IMG/VR virus record: IMGVR_UViG_3300037484_000319
Span: 1 to 40,749 of that record
Origin: a virus
Lineage: Duplodnaviria > Caudoviricetes
Direction: 5' to 3' (one strand)
Length of the DNA: 40,749 nucleotides
Below, in pieces: positions 27,770 to 35,866 of this stretch (position 1 is its first letter; the number at the start of each line of letters is the position of its first letter). Both the position numbers and the translations under genes were made by a program. The notes beneath the pieces are model-generated. The model was not told the DNA's origin. It saw only the letters and a program-made list of their open reading frames with translations, and searched no databases.

Positions 27770-28295
27770 GCTTCTCCTTAATGTCAAGCAATAATTGTGC
27801 TGGTAATCGCCCTGGGCCACGTCTGCAATTACATGACCTGTGTGCCACGCGTATATTATTAATTACATGAGGTCCGCCTAAGGCTATTGGGATTAGATGA
27901 TCGAACGATAATTCGTTTTTTCTGACTTTCTTACCGCAAATGTGACAGATTGAATTATCGCGTTTTAATATTGCTGAATAATCAACTTTTTCAACCGTGC
28001 TTCCTAATATCTTGGCTTGTCTTCTACGCCGAGCCTCGTTTCGCCGTAGTTTGTTTTCCCTTGACCACCTACGGTTCTTCTCAGACATGTAGTCACGATC
28101 ATTTTCCCACCGCCTAGCATTATATTTCTTGTGGTAGTCTTTTACATGTTCAGCGTTTTGTTGATCCCACTTTATTCTTGTTTCTCTCCTACATATCCTG
28201 CATTGTGCACGATACCCATTTTTTCCATTTTTGTCTTTTTGAAACTCGTCTAAACCTTTTTCTTGCCCACATTTAGTACAAATTTTCGTTGTCAC
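27762..28295 (-). CDS. HNH endonuclease with N-terminal Zn finger
   Basis: CTKC...CRIC; RD..ICHICG...FDHLIPIALGG.H...N....HRSCN; probable GTG start at 28295 with GGAGG SD. Confidence 0.88.
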   Translation of the reverse strand: MTTKICTKCGQEKGLDEFQKDKNGKNGYRAQCRICRRETRIKWDQQNAEHVKDYHKKYNARRWENDRDYMSEKNRRWSRENKLRRNEARRRRQAKILGSTVEKVDYSAILKRDNSICHICGKKVRKNELSFDHLIPIALGGPHVINNIRVAHRSCNCRRGPGRLPAQLLLDIKEKHE

Positions 28296-28460
28296 AGCAA
28301 AATGCCCTCCACTAGTTTGCTGCCATTGTCGAGATGAACAGCCAGGACGAATCCTACTAATGGAGGGCACTCTGCCCACAATATGCGATTGTGAGATTCC
28401 GGCAGCTTCAAAACAAAGCGCCCTGGTGTTCTGTTCATCTCGACAAGTCAAATTATACCA
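28296..28460 (-). promoter_or_regulatory. Extended -10 promoter and structured 5' leader of the HNH gene
   Basis: TGGTATAAT at 28452-28460; 16-bp perfect inverted repeat 28326-28341/28431-28446; 13-bp helix 28303-28315/28357-28369 covering the SD. Confidence 0.65.
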
Positions 28461-28464
28461 CATG

Positions 28465-29283
28465 CTAAATCCATTTTTCCACGGGAATAGATGCGCCAAA
28501 CGGCCAAGAACTGACTAACATTTGTCCAGATGAATTAATAATGTCATTCCAAGAAACGATTTTAAGTGCATGGAATCTTCCCAATTTCCGCTGTGCTTCA
28601 ACAAGAATCAGGCCACACTTTAAAGGAGCGCGGTATTCTTGCGCGAAATCAGAGGTTTGTTGTTCCCTTATAGAGTTTTCCAGAATTAATCCAGCGTCAT
28701 ATTTTGCTCTATGTAATGGGTTACTTAATACTTCAAATGCTTCGTTGATCCGCTTAAATCTTTCGGTAGCATCGGGTTCTTTTGAAATATCAGGATGCCA
28801 AATTTTAGCCATGCGTCGATAGGCTGTTTTTATATCGTCCTGGCTTATTCCCTGTTTCGCGCCAAGCAGACCATAAAGGGTAGTGTTATGATTTGCTTTG
28901 CCTGACATATCTATACCTTCAAACCAAATCCGTAGTACATCCTCCGGAAATACAACAGTCCAATCCTCGTTACTCCATCCATAAGCTATAGAGATTCCTT
29001 GCCCGCGTTCTTTGCAAGCTCCAATATATCTAACGTCAAGAATTTCTAGCGTTGCATCCTCTTGTCTAATTTGCACATCCGGCACAAACGCCATCTCGCC
29101 AAGATACTGAGTAATAAGCTCTGCGAGTAGTTTAGCGTGATTAGGCGTGGTCACCCAGACTTTACGTGCTGGGTCAAATCGCCGCTCGGTATAAGGGATG
29201 GCGGTTTTGAGTGCTGCGACCAGTCCGGCGTCATAGCGACACTGTAAGACAAGGCTATTATTTTCGAGTGTGATAGTTGCCAT
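28465..29283 (-). CDS. J-domain (DnaJ-type) protein with N-terminal HARP-like segment
   Basis: LY.LLG......DIKTAYRRMAKIWHPD....ATERFKRINEAFEVLSNP..RAKYD; N-terminal YDAGLVAALK..IP...RRFDPARKVW. Confidence 0.85.
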   Translation of the reverse strand: MATITLENNSLVLQCRYDAGLVAALKTAIPYTERRFDPARKVWVTTPNHAKLLAELITQYLGEMAFVPDVQIRQEDATLEILDVRYIGACKERGQGISIAYGWSNEDWTVVFPEDVLRIWFEGIDMSGKANHNTTLYGLLGAKQGISQDDIKTAYRRMAKIWHPDISKEPDATERFKRINEAFEVLSNPLHRAKYDAGLILENSIREQQTSDFAQEYRAPLKCGLILVEAQRKLGRFHALKIVSWNDIINSSGQMLVSSWPFGASIPVEKWI

Positions 29284-29428
29284 AAACAATGCCCTCATCG
29301 ATTTTGCGGATTATGTCTTCATTCATCACTTTAATCATGTGCAGTAAAGCAAGAGACGGCGAGTAGAATGGATTCCATCCTGTGTTCCAAATCCTGATCT
29401 TGAAGATAAGTTTTCTGAGCAGTTTCAT
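29258..29428 (-). CDS. 56-aa hypothetical protein
   Basis: ORF MKLLRKLIFKIRIW... fills the gap between the ParB and J-domain genes. Confidence 0.35.
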   Translation of the reverse strand: MKLLRKLIFKIRIWNTGWNPFYSPSLALLHMIKVMNEDIIRKIDEGIVYGNYHTRK

Positions 29429-29440
29429 GTTGCACCACCA

Positions 29441-30238
29441 TCACTTCCAGTGATCCACCAGGTCAGTCATCGGGCAGTTGCGGCAGATCTCCCGCGAGTT
29501 CATCCCGCAGCGCTCGCACACGGCGCTGACGTTGGTTTTCAGGAATTCCGGCACGTTTTTACTACCCGTCATACTGAGCGCACCCTCGCAGCTCTGCTGT
29601 GGGTCGAGTTGTGCGTGTTTTCTTTTCCCCGTACGCGTACCATGCTCTATCAACGTGAACTGCATAAGAATTTTCCCCTCAGTCATATTGCGCGCCGCAA
29701 ACCTCAGTAAAAGCCGGTCGGTTGTCTCATCTCGCGGCATGCGCTTGATCGCGAATATTATCCTGGTGGACATCGGCAGCCTTTGGTTCGCGAATAAATC
29801 TTGAATAACCGGGCTGAATTCAAGCAGCTCTAGTCGCAGCCTGACCACGGATTGAGAGAGGCCGGTGATTTTCATCACTTCGATCAATGTGTATCCTGTA
29901 TCGAACAGGTCTTGTATTGCCTTCGCCTGCTCGATCACGTTCATATCTGATCTCTGCATGTTCGCAGAGATTGACTCGGCAAGTCGGAGCTGCTCGCCAT
30001 TCCCGTTACGTCCCGATTTCACGTATGCTTCGATCTCGGTTAAACCTGCCGCCTTACATGCCCGCCAGCGGTGCTCACCATCGATAAGGGTGTAAGTTGC
30101 GTCCCCGTTATCTTCGACGGCGATTGGGTTGATTAGCCCCACTTGTCGGATACTCTCGGTCAGGTTCTCTAACTTTTCCGGGTTGATCGACCGTGGTTGC
30201 TGCGGGTTGGGGTGGATTGCATCAATCTTAATCTTCAC
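29441..30238 (-). CDS. ParB/RepB/Spo0J family protein with C-terminal Cys cluster
   Basis: PNPQQPR, SI..VGLINPI.V, LIDGEHRWRA and N.QRSD motifs; likely GTG start at 30238 with GGGAGG SD. Confidence 0.88.
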   Translation of the reverse strand: MKIKIDAIHPNPQQPRSINPEKLENLTESIRQVGLINPIAVEDNGDATYTLIDGEHRWRACKAAGLTEIEAYVKSGRNGNGEQLRLAESISANMQRSDMNVIEQAKAIQDLFDTGYTLIEVMKITGLSQSVVRLRLELLEFSPVIQDLFANQRLPMSTRIIFAIKRMPRDETTDRLLLRFAARNMTEGKILMQFTLIEHGTRTGKRKHAQLDPQQSCEGALSMTGSKNVPEFLKTNVSAVCERCGMNSREICRNCPMTDLVDHWK

Positions 30239-30309
30239 ATCGGCCTCCCGAATATCTCGTGGATGATCCATAGCAACAAGCGTAGCGGGAATAATAAGAT
30301 GTCTTTCAT
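30235..30309 (-). CDS. 24-aa hydrophobic micro-ORF (MKDILLFPLRLLLWIIHEIFGRPM)
   Basis: ATGA overlap upstream and GTGA overlap downstream. Confidence 0.45.
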   Translation of the reverse strand: MKDILLFPLRLLLWIIHEIFGRPM

Positions 30310-30578
30310 CGGGAACAATCCTTTCTCTCTCTCCACTGTCGCATCAGCGCAACAAGTTCTATGCTTTCAATCTCTTTTGCGCCCAACCTTATAGCTTCTT
30401 GTTTCTTGGCCTGGCAAATATCATAATGGGGCATTGAGCCTGAGTTCTGAAACCATCTACGCTTTATTCCGATTTGGTCTGCCATGTTATGCAGTTCGTC
30501 TAGTGTATCGGCGACCATGTGGCACATAAACATGCGCCCATATTGATTCTTGGCTTTGTCTACATAAACTGACATCAC
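30306..30578 (-). CDS. DUF4031 family protein
   Basis: VYVD, MCHMVADTLDELH.MA..IG..R.WFQ and HYDI....AI.LGA motifs. Confidence 0.85.
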   Translation of the reverse strand: MMSVYVDKAKNQYGRMFMCHMVADTLDELHNMADQIGIKRRWFQNSGSMPHYDICQAKKQEAIRLGAKEIESIELVALMRQWRERKDCSR

Positions 30579-31153
30579 TCACCTTCCTTGTTCTGGATAA
30601 CATCGACTATTTCCCCTTCTATTACGGTGAAATCTTCTGGACTACCTGGGGGCAACAGCCTACTCATCGGGCCATTCGCCCACAGCTCTGAGATAGTTTT
30701 TCCGCCTGGGCCGAGCATGAACGGCACGAGTGCAGAATAGCCGGGGGATAACTGCTGTAGAAACCACGTACCGTCCAGCGCGTCACGCAGCATAAAGAGT
30801 GCCATTCTAATCGAGCCATCCTTGTGCTTGTTCTTGTCTGCCCTGTGCCAGTTTATATTAGGGTCAATAGGTAGAGCGGCAATGTCAATGCGTCCATAGA
30901 TCAGGCGCCCATCGTCACTCTCTACCGAGTATTTGACCTGAAAACCATCACGACTGCCCTGGTCGCTCTCGAATGTACCACTTTGAAAACTTATGACCAT
31001 AGCTCCAAGCCGGCTGACTGCCATAGTGATTTCAGACTTCAGTGTAGCAATTGATTTGTCTGTAGCCTGACCGCGCCAGCCATCTTCCTTGGACGCGTTC
31101 TCGTAGTATGGTACTTGTTTGCTGTCTTTAGGTGTATCAGGTATGAATGACAT
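30575..31153 (-). CDS. Hypothetical phage protein
   Basis: Start set at ATG 31153 (SD AAAGGAG). Confidence 0.65.
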   Translation of the reverse strand: MSFIPDTPKDSKQVPYYENASKEDGWRGQATDKSIATLKSEITMAVSRLGAMVISFQSGTFESDQGSRDGFQVKYSVESDDGRLIYGRIDIAALPIDPNINWHRADKNKHKDGSIRMALFMLRDALDGTWFLQQLSPGYSALVPFMLGPGGKTISELWANGPMSRLLPPGSPEDFTVIEGEIVDVIQNKEGE

Positions 31154-31155
31154 TC

Positions 31156-31299
31156 TCACTCCTTTCTGATCCAACGCTTCATCCGCCTGGCGAGCTGGAT
31201 GATCTGCCTGACGATCCAGATAACCGGGCCGAACAGGGTTACTGCTGCCATGATCACCAGCGCCAACACGAATGCCCACTGATAGTTAGACGTGCCCAT
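31156..31299 (-). CDS. 47-aa single-TM peptide with basic tail
   Basis: MGTSNYQWAFVLALVIMAAVTLFGPVIWIVRQ...; fills the intergenic gap. Confidence 0.45.
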   Translation of the reverse strand: MGTSNYQWAFVLALVIMAAVTLFGPVIWIVRQIIQLARRMKRWIRKE

Positions 31300-31552
31300 G
31301 CAACACCTTCTTCGCCTCAAGAATCGCCTTTTTCGCTACATCAAAGGCGCTATGCATCCATACTGCATCGCAGCTAAACATGGCATCGTTTGTATCTATG
31401 AGGGCCTCGACGGTTGACTCTAGCATCTTCCTCAAATTATCGATCTCTTTGAGAAGCGCCCCGATCTCTGCCGGTCTCAGCTGAGTTGGGACATTAGCCC
31501 GTTTACCAAGCTCAGCGGCCTTTCTAATGATTAACTCTAGCTGTTTATCCAT
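31286..31552 (-). CDS. Hypothetical protein
   Basis: Start set at ATG 31552 (MDKQLE) with AGGAG SD. Confidence 0.55.
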   Translation of the reverse strand: MDKQLELIIRKAAELGKRANVPTQLRPAEIGALLKEIDNLRKMLESTVEALIDTNDAMFSCDAVWMHSAFDVAKKAILEAKKVLHGHV

Positions 31553-31566
31553 AGGACAATCTCCTC

Positions 31567-31884
31567 TCAATCCTCTCTCACCGGCGCAGGCGTCCAGAAC
31601 GTCAGGCAAAACGGTGTGATTTCTCTGATCATCTCCCGAAAACCTGTTTTCTTCAGCACCTTCTGCCCGCACTTTGTTTCCAGAATGTGACAGACGGCGA
31701 TCCACTTCAGATCCTGCTCGTTCAGCACCCCTACTGCAGAATCGATAGTGATAGTTTGATCCCCTCGCTTCCTCATCAAATCCACCGTCTCATTCCGGAA
31801 CCGGCCTGCCATATCCGTCGCGCTCTGCAGGATCGCCTTATCCGTGCTCACGTCGATCATCGCCGCGTAATCTTTAGCCTTCAT
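31567..31884 (-). CDS. Hypothetical phage protein
   Basis: ORF with AGGAGG SD, co-oriented with its neighbours. Confidence 0.65.
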   Translation of the reverse strand: MKAKDYAAMIDVSTDKAILQSATDMAGRFRNETVDLMRKRGDQTITIDSAVGVLNEQDLKWIAVCHILETKCGQKVLKKTGFREMIREITPFCLTFWTPAPVRED

Positions 31885-31887
31885 CGC

Positions 31888-32013
31888 TTATCGCTTCCTC
31901 CTGATCACCAAATTCCATTTCAACAGCAGCACCCGCACGCCCCAGCTGTAGAATAGGATTCCCAATCCCTCTGGCAGGCACACAAACTTCGACCGGATCC
32001 ATTTGAACTTCAT
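31888..32013 (-). CDS. 41-aa basic/hydrophobic micro-ORF
   Basis: MKFKWIRSKF...; GGGAGG SD. Confidence 0.4.
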   Translation of the reverse strand: MKFKWIRSKFVCLPEGLGILFYSWGVRVLLLKWNLVIRRKR

Positions 32014-32074
32014 CACTTCCTCCCTTCACCCCTCTCCAGCCGGTTGCACGCTTGCCTTTTGGTAGCTCATCAAC

Positions 32075-32143
32075 TCACCACTTTCCCGTTATCAGTCTCT
32101 TTACAACGCAGAGCGCTGCTAAAATTGCGACAAAGACCCACAT
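32075..32143 (-). CDS. 22-aa single-TM micro-ORF (MWVFVAILAALCVVKRLITGKW)
   Basis: GGAG SD; hydrophobic sequence. Confidence 0.35.
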   Translation of the reverse strand: MWVFVAILAALCVVKRLITGKW

Positions 32144-32257
32144 TTGCTCACTCTCCATAATTACACTAGTCATTTATTGGCCTTTTCTGGGTTACACTCT
32201 CCCACGGATAAAGCCTAACCTTTCGGCGTCCCTTTTTCTGTGACTACTCGATATCAG

Positions 32258-32514
32258 ATACAAGCACATGTACCCTAGCCGGAGTACTTATCGCGTCACT
32301 TGTTGGCTGGCTGGCAAGGATCAGTGCGTCTCCGATTTCGCTTTTTGCCGACAAGGCTGCCGGTGCTGCCACCACTAGCAAGTTGGGTGCGCAATGTCTA
32401 CACCTAGATGCAGACAACCTTACTCCGACTTGGGTTAATTCCCATTGTTGACGGGCACTCTAGGACGTGCCCTCGGCTTGTCCTTGCGCCAACTTCACCG
32501 CCGATGCTCTTATA
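32258..32514 (-). ncRNA. Candidate large structured ncRNA (multi-stem, pseudoknotted), family unknown
   Basis: Gap of about 340 nt with no credible ORF and at least 6 helices; G-U wobbles form only on the minus strand. Confidence 0.55.
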
Positions 32515-32515
32515 A

Positions 32516-32725
32516 TTATTTCCTGTTGATCTTGCGGCTCATGGCCGCCATCTTGCGGCGTTTCTTGGATTCACCCAATAACGGTGCTTTCGTGTATGGC
32601 CGGTGTCGCAGCCCATGCCGGCGCTGCTGTGTTGGCCGGTGAAAGAGTGCACCTGTCCAGGCGTCTTTGTGTCCTTTAGGAGCGCCGCCACGTAGCAGAC
32701 TTTGGAGTGCTTCGAGCAGGTTCAT
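32516..32725 (-). CDS. Small basic hypothetical protein
   Basis: ATGA overlap with the HNH stop; C-terminal KKRRKMAAMSRKINRK. Confidence 0.55.
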   Translation of the reverse strand: MNLLEALQSLLRGGAPKGHKDAWTGALFHRPTQQRRHGLRHRPYTKAPLLGESKKRRKMAAMSRKINRK

Positions 32726-33207
32726 GAGACTGTACTCCAATGAAAACCTCTGACTATATGTCTGACTTGAGCGCCCGTAATACCAAACTCTTTCCCGAGT
32801 TGCTTCATAGTCACACCGCCGGCGTTGTATCGCTTACGAATAATCTGTGCAATCTCTGAGTTGATTTTTGCTGCTGGATTATTTTCACCATGATGATCAG
32901 GTGTTATCCTCCGTCCTTTTGTATCCATATCATGCGTGTTGTCGGAAGGTGTTCCCAAAAACAAATGATTCGGATTTACACAAGCACGGTTATCACATCG
33001 ATGGCAGACAAACAAACCATCAGGAATTTGCCCATATGCAAGAATATAAGATACTCGATGGGCACCAATAGATTTTTGATGACCAATACTGGCTTTTCCG
33101 TATCCAGGATTATGTATTGCACCAGTCCACGGCCAGCAATCATTAGATGAATCTTTACCTACCTTATTCCAAAAATTGTTTATGTTTTCGGCAGACAACT
33201 CGATCAT
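32722..33207 (-). CDS. HNH endonuclease (HNH_3 type) with C-terminal HTH
   Basis: CWPWTG....GYG, AHRVSY, VCHRCDNRACVNPNHLFLGT..DN and GENNPAAK motifs. Confidence 0.92.
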   Translation of the reverse strand: MIELSAENINNFWNKVGKDSSNDCWPWTGAIHNPGYGKASIGHQKSIGAHRVSYILAYGQIPDGLFVCHRCDNRACVNPNHLFLGTPSDNTHDMDTKGRRITPDHHGENNPAAKINSEIAQIIRKRYNAGGVTMKQLGKEFGITGAQVRHIVRGFHWSTVS

Positions 33208-33962
33208 TTTAAATACTTCCCTCTACAGATTTTCCAATAATCACAGAAAACCTCGCTGCATTTCCAACTCACCGGACTTTCCGGGAACACGCCCGCACTA
33301 ATACCGAGCCACACCTTCTGGATCATCCCAAACAACCAGAAGACCTCAGCGGGTTTATGGGTGTGTTCAAACATTTGCCACTGGGGAGTTTTGGTCTTGA
33401 CGATGATATAGTGACGAAAACGCCAGCCATCGACTGTTCTGCCATCCTGGTTAAGAGCTGCCAAATAAAACAAGCTTTGCGTCTCCGCCTGAGCTTTATC
33501 GGCTGTCCAACTGCGTGCGCTGGTCTTAAAATCACCCGGCACACCGTCTTGGGTTTGGATATCGATATAGCCGATAATTGGGATGGGAACACCAGGCACA
33601 CGCAGGGTGATCATCTCCTCGATCTTGACCGCAGTCAGCGTGTTGAGATTGTAGATTATTTGTTCATTGCTCAAAATCCTTACGCCCTCGTTGAAATGCT
33701 GCTCGGGTGTGTCCTCGCCCCAGTTGGTAGGTTGCTTTTCCAATGCAGCTGCCCACGCGGGTGACCAGAAGTCGGTAGGTTTTAAGTTTTTGTCCTCGCG
33801 CACTAAATACTGCTCAACCGCCGTGTGGATGGCGGATCCAAAAGTTAATGCCGGTGTGGCGATAGTTTGGATTTTATCGACATACTTAAACTTCCAACTT
33901 GCCGGGCAAGAAAGCCACATGGTGATGCTTGAGTATGAAAGGTGATTTATTCCTGGTTCCAT
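33204..33962 (-). CDS. PD-(D/E)XK (RecB/Cas4-like) exonuclease
   Basis: LSYSSI....CP, FGSAIH, GYID, DFKT, Q...Y and terminal C....CDYW..C motifs. Confidence 0.88.
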   Translation of the reverse strand: MEPGINHLSYSSITMWLSCPASWKFKYVDKIQTIATPALTFGSAIHTAVEQYLVREDKNLKPTDFWSPAWAAALEKQPTNWGEDTPEQHFNEGVRILSNEQIIYNLNTLTAVKIEEMITLRVPGVPIPIIGYIDIQTQDGVPGDFKTSARSWTADKAQAETQSLFYLAALNQDGRTVDGWRFRHYIIVKTKTPQWQMFEHTHKPAEVFWLFGMIQKVWLGISAGVFPESPVSWKCSEVFCDYWKICRGKYLK

Positions 33963-34204
33963 CGTTCTACGATCTCCCTTTCTTGTTGGTCAAGCGCGCC
34001 GCCTGGCGCGTTGTAGCGGGCCTTAAGTTCTTGAATGACCTCGGGGAATGCTTCCTCGAGCTTGTCAAAGTTGTCTGTGTCTGCAAACCTGGCCGCAGCC
34101 ATGATGAGCGAATAGAACTCGTTAGCACCAATCAGATACTGGTGGATGTTCGCGGCGATTCTCTGTGATGCTAAATATTCTCGTAGCCAACTGCCAAAGG
34201 TCAT
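33947..34204 (-). CDS. Hypothetical phage protein
   Basis: F.SLIMAA.R.ADT.N..KL..AFPE...EL.ARY.APGG pattern; co-oriented with its neighbours. Confidence 0.65.
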   Translation of the reverse strand: MTFGSWLREYLASQRIAANIHQYLIGANEFYSLIMAAARFADTDNFDKLEEAFPEVIQELKARYNAPGGALDQQEREIVERWNQE

Positions 34205-34205
34205 A

Positions 34206-35093
34206 TTAGGCTGCCTTTAGTAGCTCTGCAATCGCCGCCACTTCTTCATCGCTTGCAGGAATCTGCCCGCCGTTGGCAGACATGATGTCTTCTACTGAAT
34301 ACCGAGCCATCAAATCATCCAGCGTAATCACCGGATTGGCTTGTGTAGCCACAGGAACAAATACTTGCGTGGGCTGCTCGGTAGAAGTGGCACTCTCTAG
34401 CCATTCGGTCACTTTCGTCATAAACGCCGGGCCTGGCTTCTCGACTTTCATATCAGCGACCGCACTGCAACGCGACTTGCTGACCGTCATGATGTGCGAC
34501 CAGTCCATATCGCACACAATATCCATTTCATATTCCATTCCCGGCCTCTGAATCGGCGCCATCCCAATCTTGCGGATACCAGTGACTTTACCGAATTCAT
34601 TGACATCTTGCACATAATCCATGCGGCTGCGCATGGTAGTAATGATGTGACAGGGAGATTGTAGAATTGCGTCTACCATCCGGTTGTGCAATGGTGTCAC
34701 TTTCCGCCAGGCGGTGTAGTCGTTGTTCTTCCCCGCCGCGCTCGCTTTGTCTTTGATCTCCAGCGCCCCGCCTACACCCTCCCACGCATGGGACAGACTG
34801 TCGATTACCAATACTGAGTAGCCAGACTTGCCGGCGAGTTCGATCAGCTCGGTATAACGGTCCGGGCTGAAGTTAGTCAGGTTGACCACGTCAAACTGCC
34901 ACGGGATGCCGTCATCCGGTGCCTCCCCAACATATTTCGATGCGCTTCCCCGCTCGGTATCGATAAAGGCGATCTTCCCGCCGTTGGCCAGCACGTGTGC
35001 AAATCGCAGCGCCGTGTAGGTTTTGCCTGATCCTGCCGGGCCGTCGATGGTCATACGTAGTTTGGATTGATTTCTTGATGCAGTCTTAAACAT
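34206..35093 (-). CDS. AAA_24 / Sak4-like ATPase (recombination)
   Basis: GPAGSGKT, IDTE.GS, VIDSLSH.W, HII.TMR, EYE.D and KSR motifs. Confidence 0.88.
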   Translation of the reverse strand: MFKTASRNQSKLRMTIDGPAGSGKTYTALRFAHVLANGGKIAFIDTERGSASKYVGEAPDDGIPWQFDVVNLTNFSPDRYTELIELAGKSGYSVLVIDSLSHAWEGVGGALEIKDKASAAGKNNDYTAWRKVTPLHNRMVDAILQSPCHIITTMRSRMDYVQDVNEFGKVTGIRKIGMAPIQRPGMEYEMDIVCDMDWSHIMTVSKSRCSAVADMKVEKPGPAFMTKVTEWLESATSTEQPTQVFVPVATQANPVITLDDLMARYSVEDIMSANGGQIPASDEEVAAIAELLKAA

Positions 35094-35095
35094 AA

Positions 35096-35866
35096 TTATG
35101 CTCCTTGTGATTTTTCTAAAACATCAAACACTTCATCGTCGTTGATGTTGAGTATGGTTTCGAATTGTTCGGCGGTCCTTAGACCGAACACGCCGCGGAT
35201 TTTACGCCGTGTTGCCATGCCCACCGGCGCGTTTTCAATAGATAGATCCGTAAGCCCGCTTAGTGCGTGGCCTAAATGCCCACCCGCCCATTCGAGGATC
35301 CGCATGGTACTCTCTATGCCAATACCAGGCAGGGTGGTAAGCAATGCCGCTTGCGGGCCAAGGATGTTAGGGACTCTTGGTGGTAAGAGTCTTAACTCGC
35401 CCCGTGAGCGTTTGCCAAGTCTTAAGATTGCCTGCTCATAATCGGTCTCGCCGCAGAGAATTATCATTACCCCCATTTCTTGGGCAGTTAATAGTGCACC
35501 TTGCACGGCATCCCAGTCCCAGCCGGTAAGACCACGATCCTGTGTGATCACTTTGCCATTTGGACCACGTCGCAGCTCGCCGGTGATCATCAAATAGGGC
35601 CACGAGGTTATACTGAGCGAGTTTGCCTGTTCGTCAAGTCTCGGTTGCACGAGGTGGGCAAGCTGCGGGAATAACCTCTCGTCACGTAATGTGTTGAGTA
35701 GATCATCTGGTGTCTTACGCTCGATGGTCAGGATACAGCCATCATCGCATACTGCCTGCAGGTCTCCGGAATCAAGCATCATGATTGTGGTCGGAACGCC
35801 ACCAAAGTTCATATCTTGGATGTATTTAGGTTCTCTTGAATCCACGACTATAGCTGTCACGCTCAT
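35096..35866 (-). CDS. ERCC4/XPF-type nuclease with HhH
   Basis: VDSRE, GD and IERKT..D motif (GDxnERKxxxD); LPGIG HhH; TAATG overlap start. Confidence 0.85.
   Translation of the reverse strand: MSVTAIVVDSREPKYIQDMNFGGVPTTIMMLDSGDLQAVCDDGCILTIERKTPDDLLNTLRDERLFPQLAHLVQPRLDEQANSLSITSWPYLMITGELRRGPNGKVITQDRGLTGWDWDAVQGALLTAQEMGVMIILCGETDYEQAILRLGKRSRGELRLLPPRVPNILGPQAALLTTLPGIGIESTMRILEWAGGHLGHALSGLTDLSIENAPVGMATRRKIRGVFGLRTAEQFETILNINDDEVFDVLEKSQGA

Noticed and set aside
27762-28460. IscB/HEARO (OMEGA) system
   Set aside because: The HNH protein is only about 177 aa with no PLMP or split RuvC motifs; kept only as an unexplained structured leader
32170-32515. Group I intron, tmRNA or tRNA cluster
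   Set aside because: No interrupted gene, no recognisable P7 R/S elements, and no acceptor stem or T-arm
33204-33962. Cas4 as evidence of a CRISPR system
   Set aside because: It is a stand-alone PD-(D/E)XK nuclease in a Sak4 recombination module, with no array or cas1
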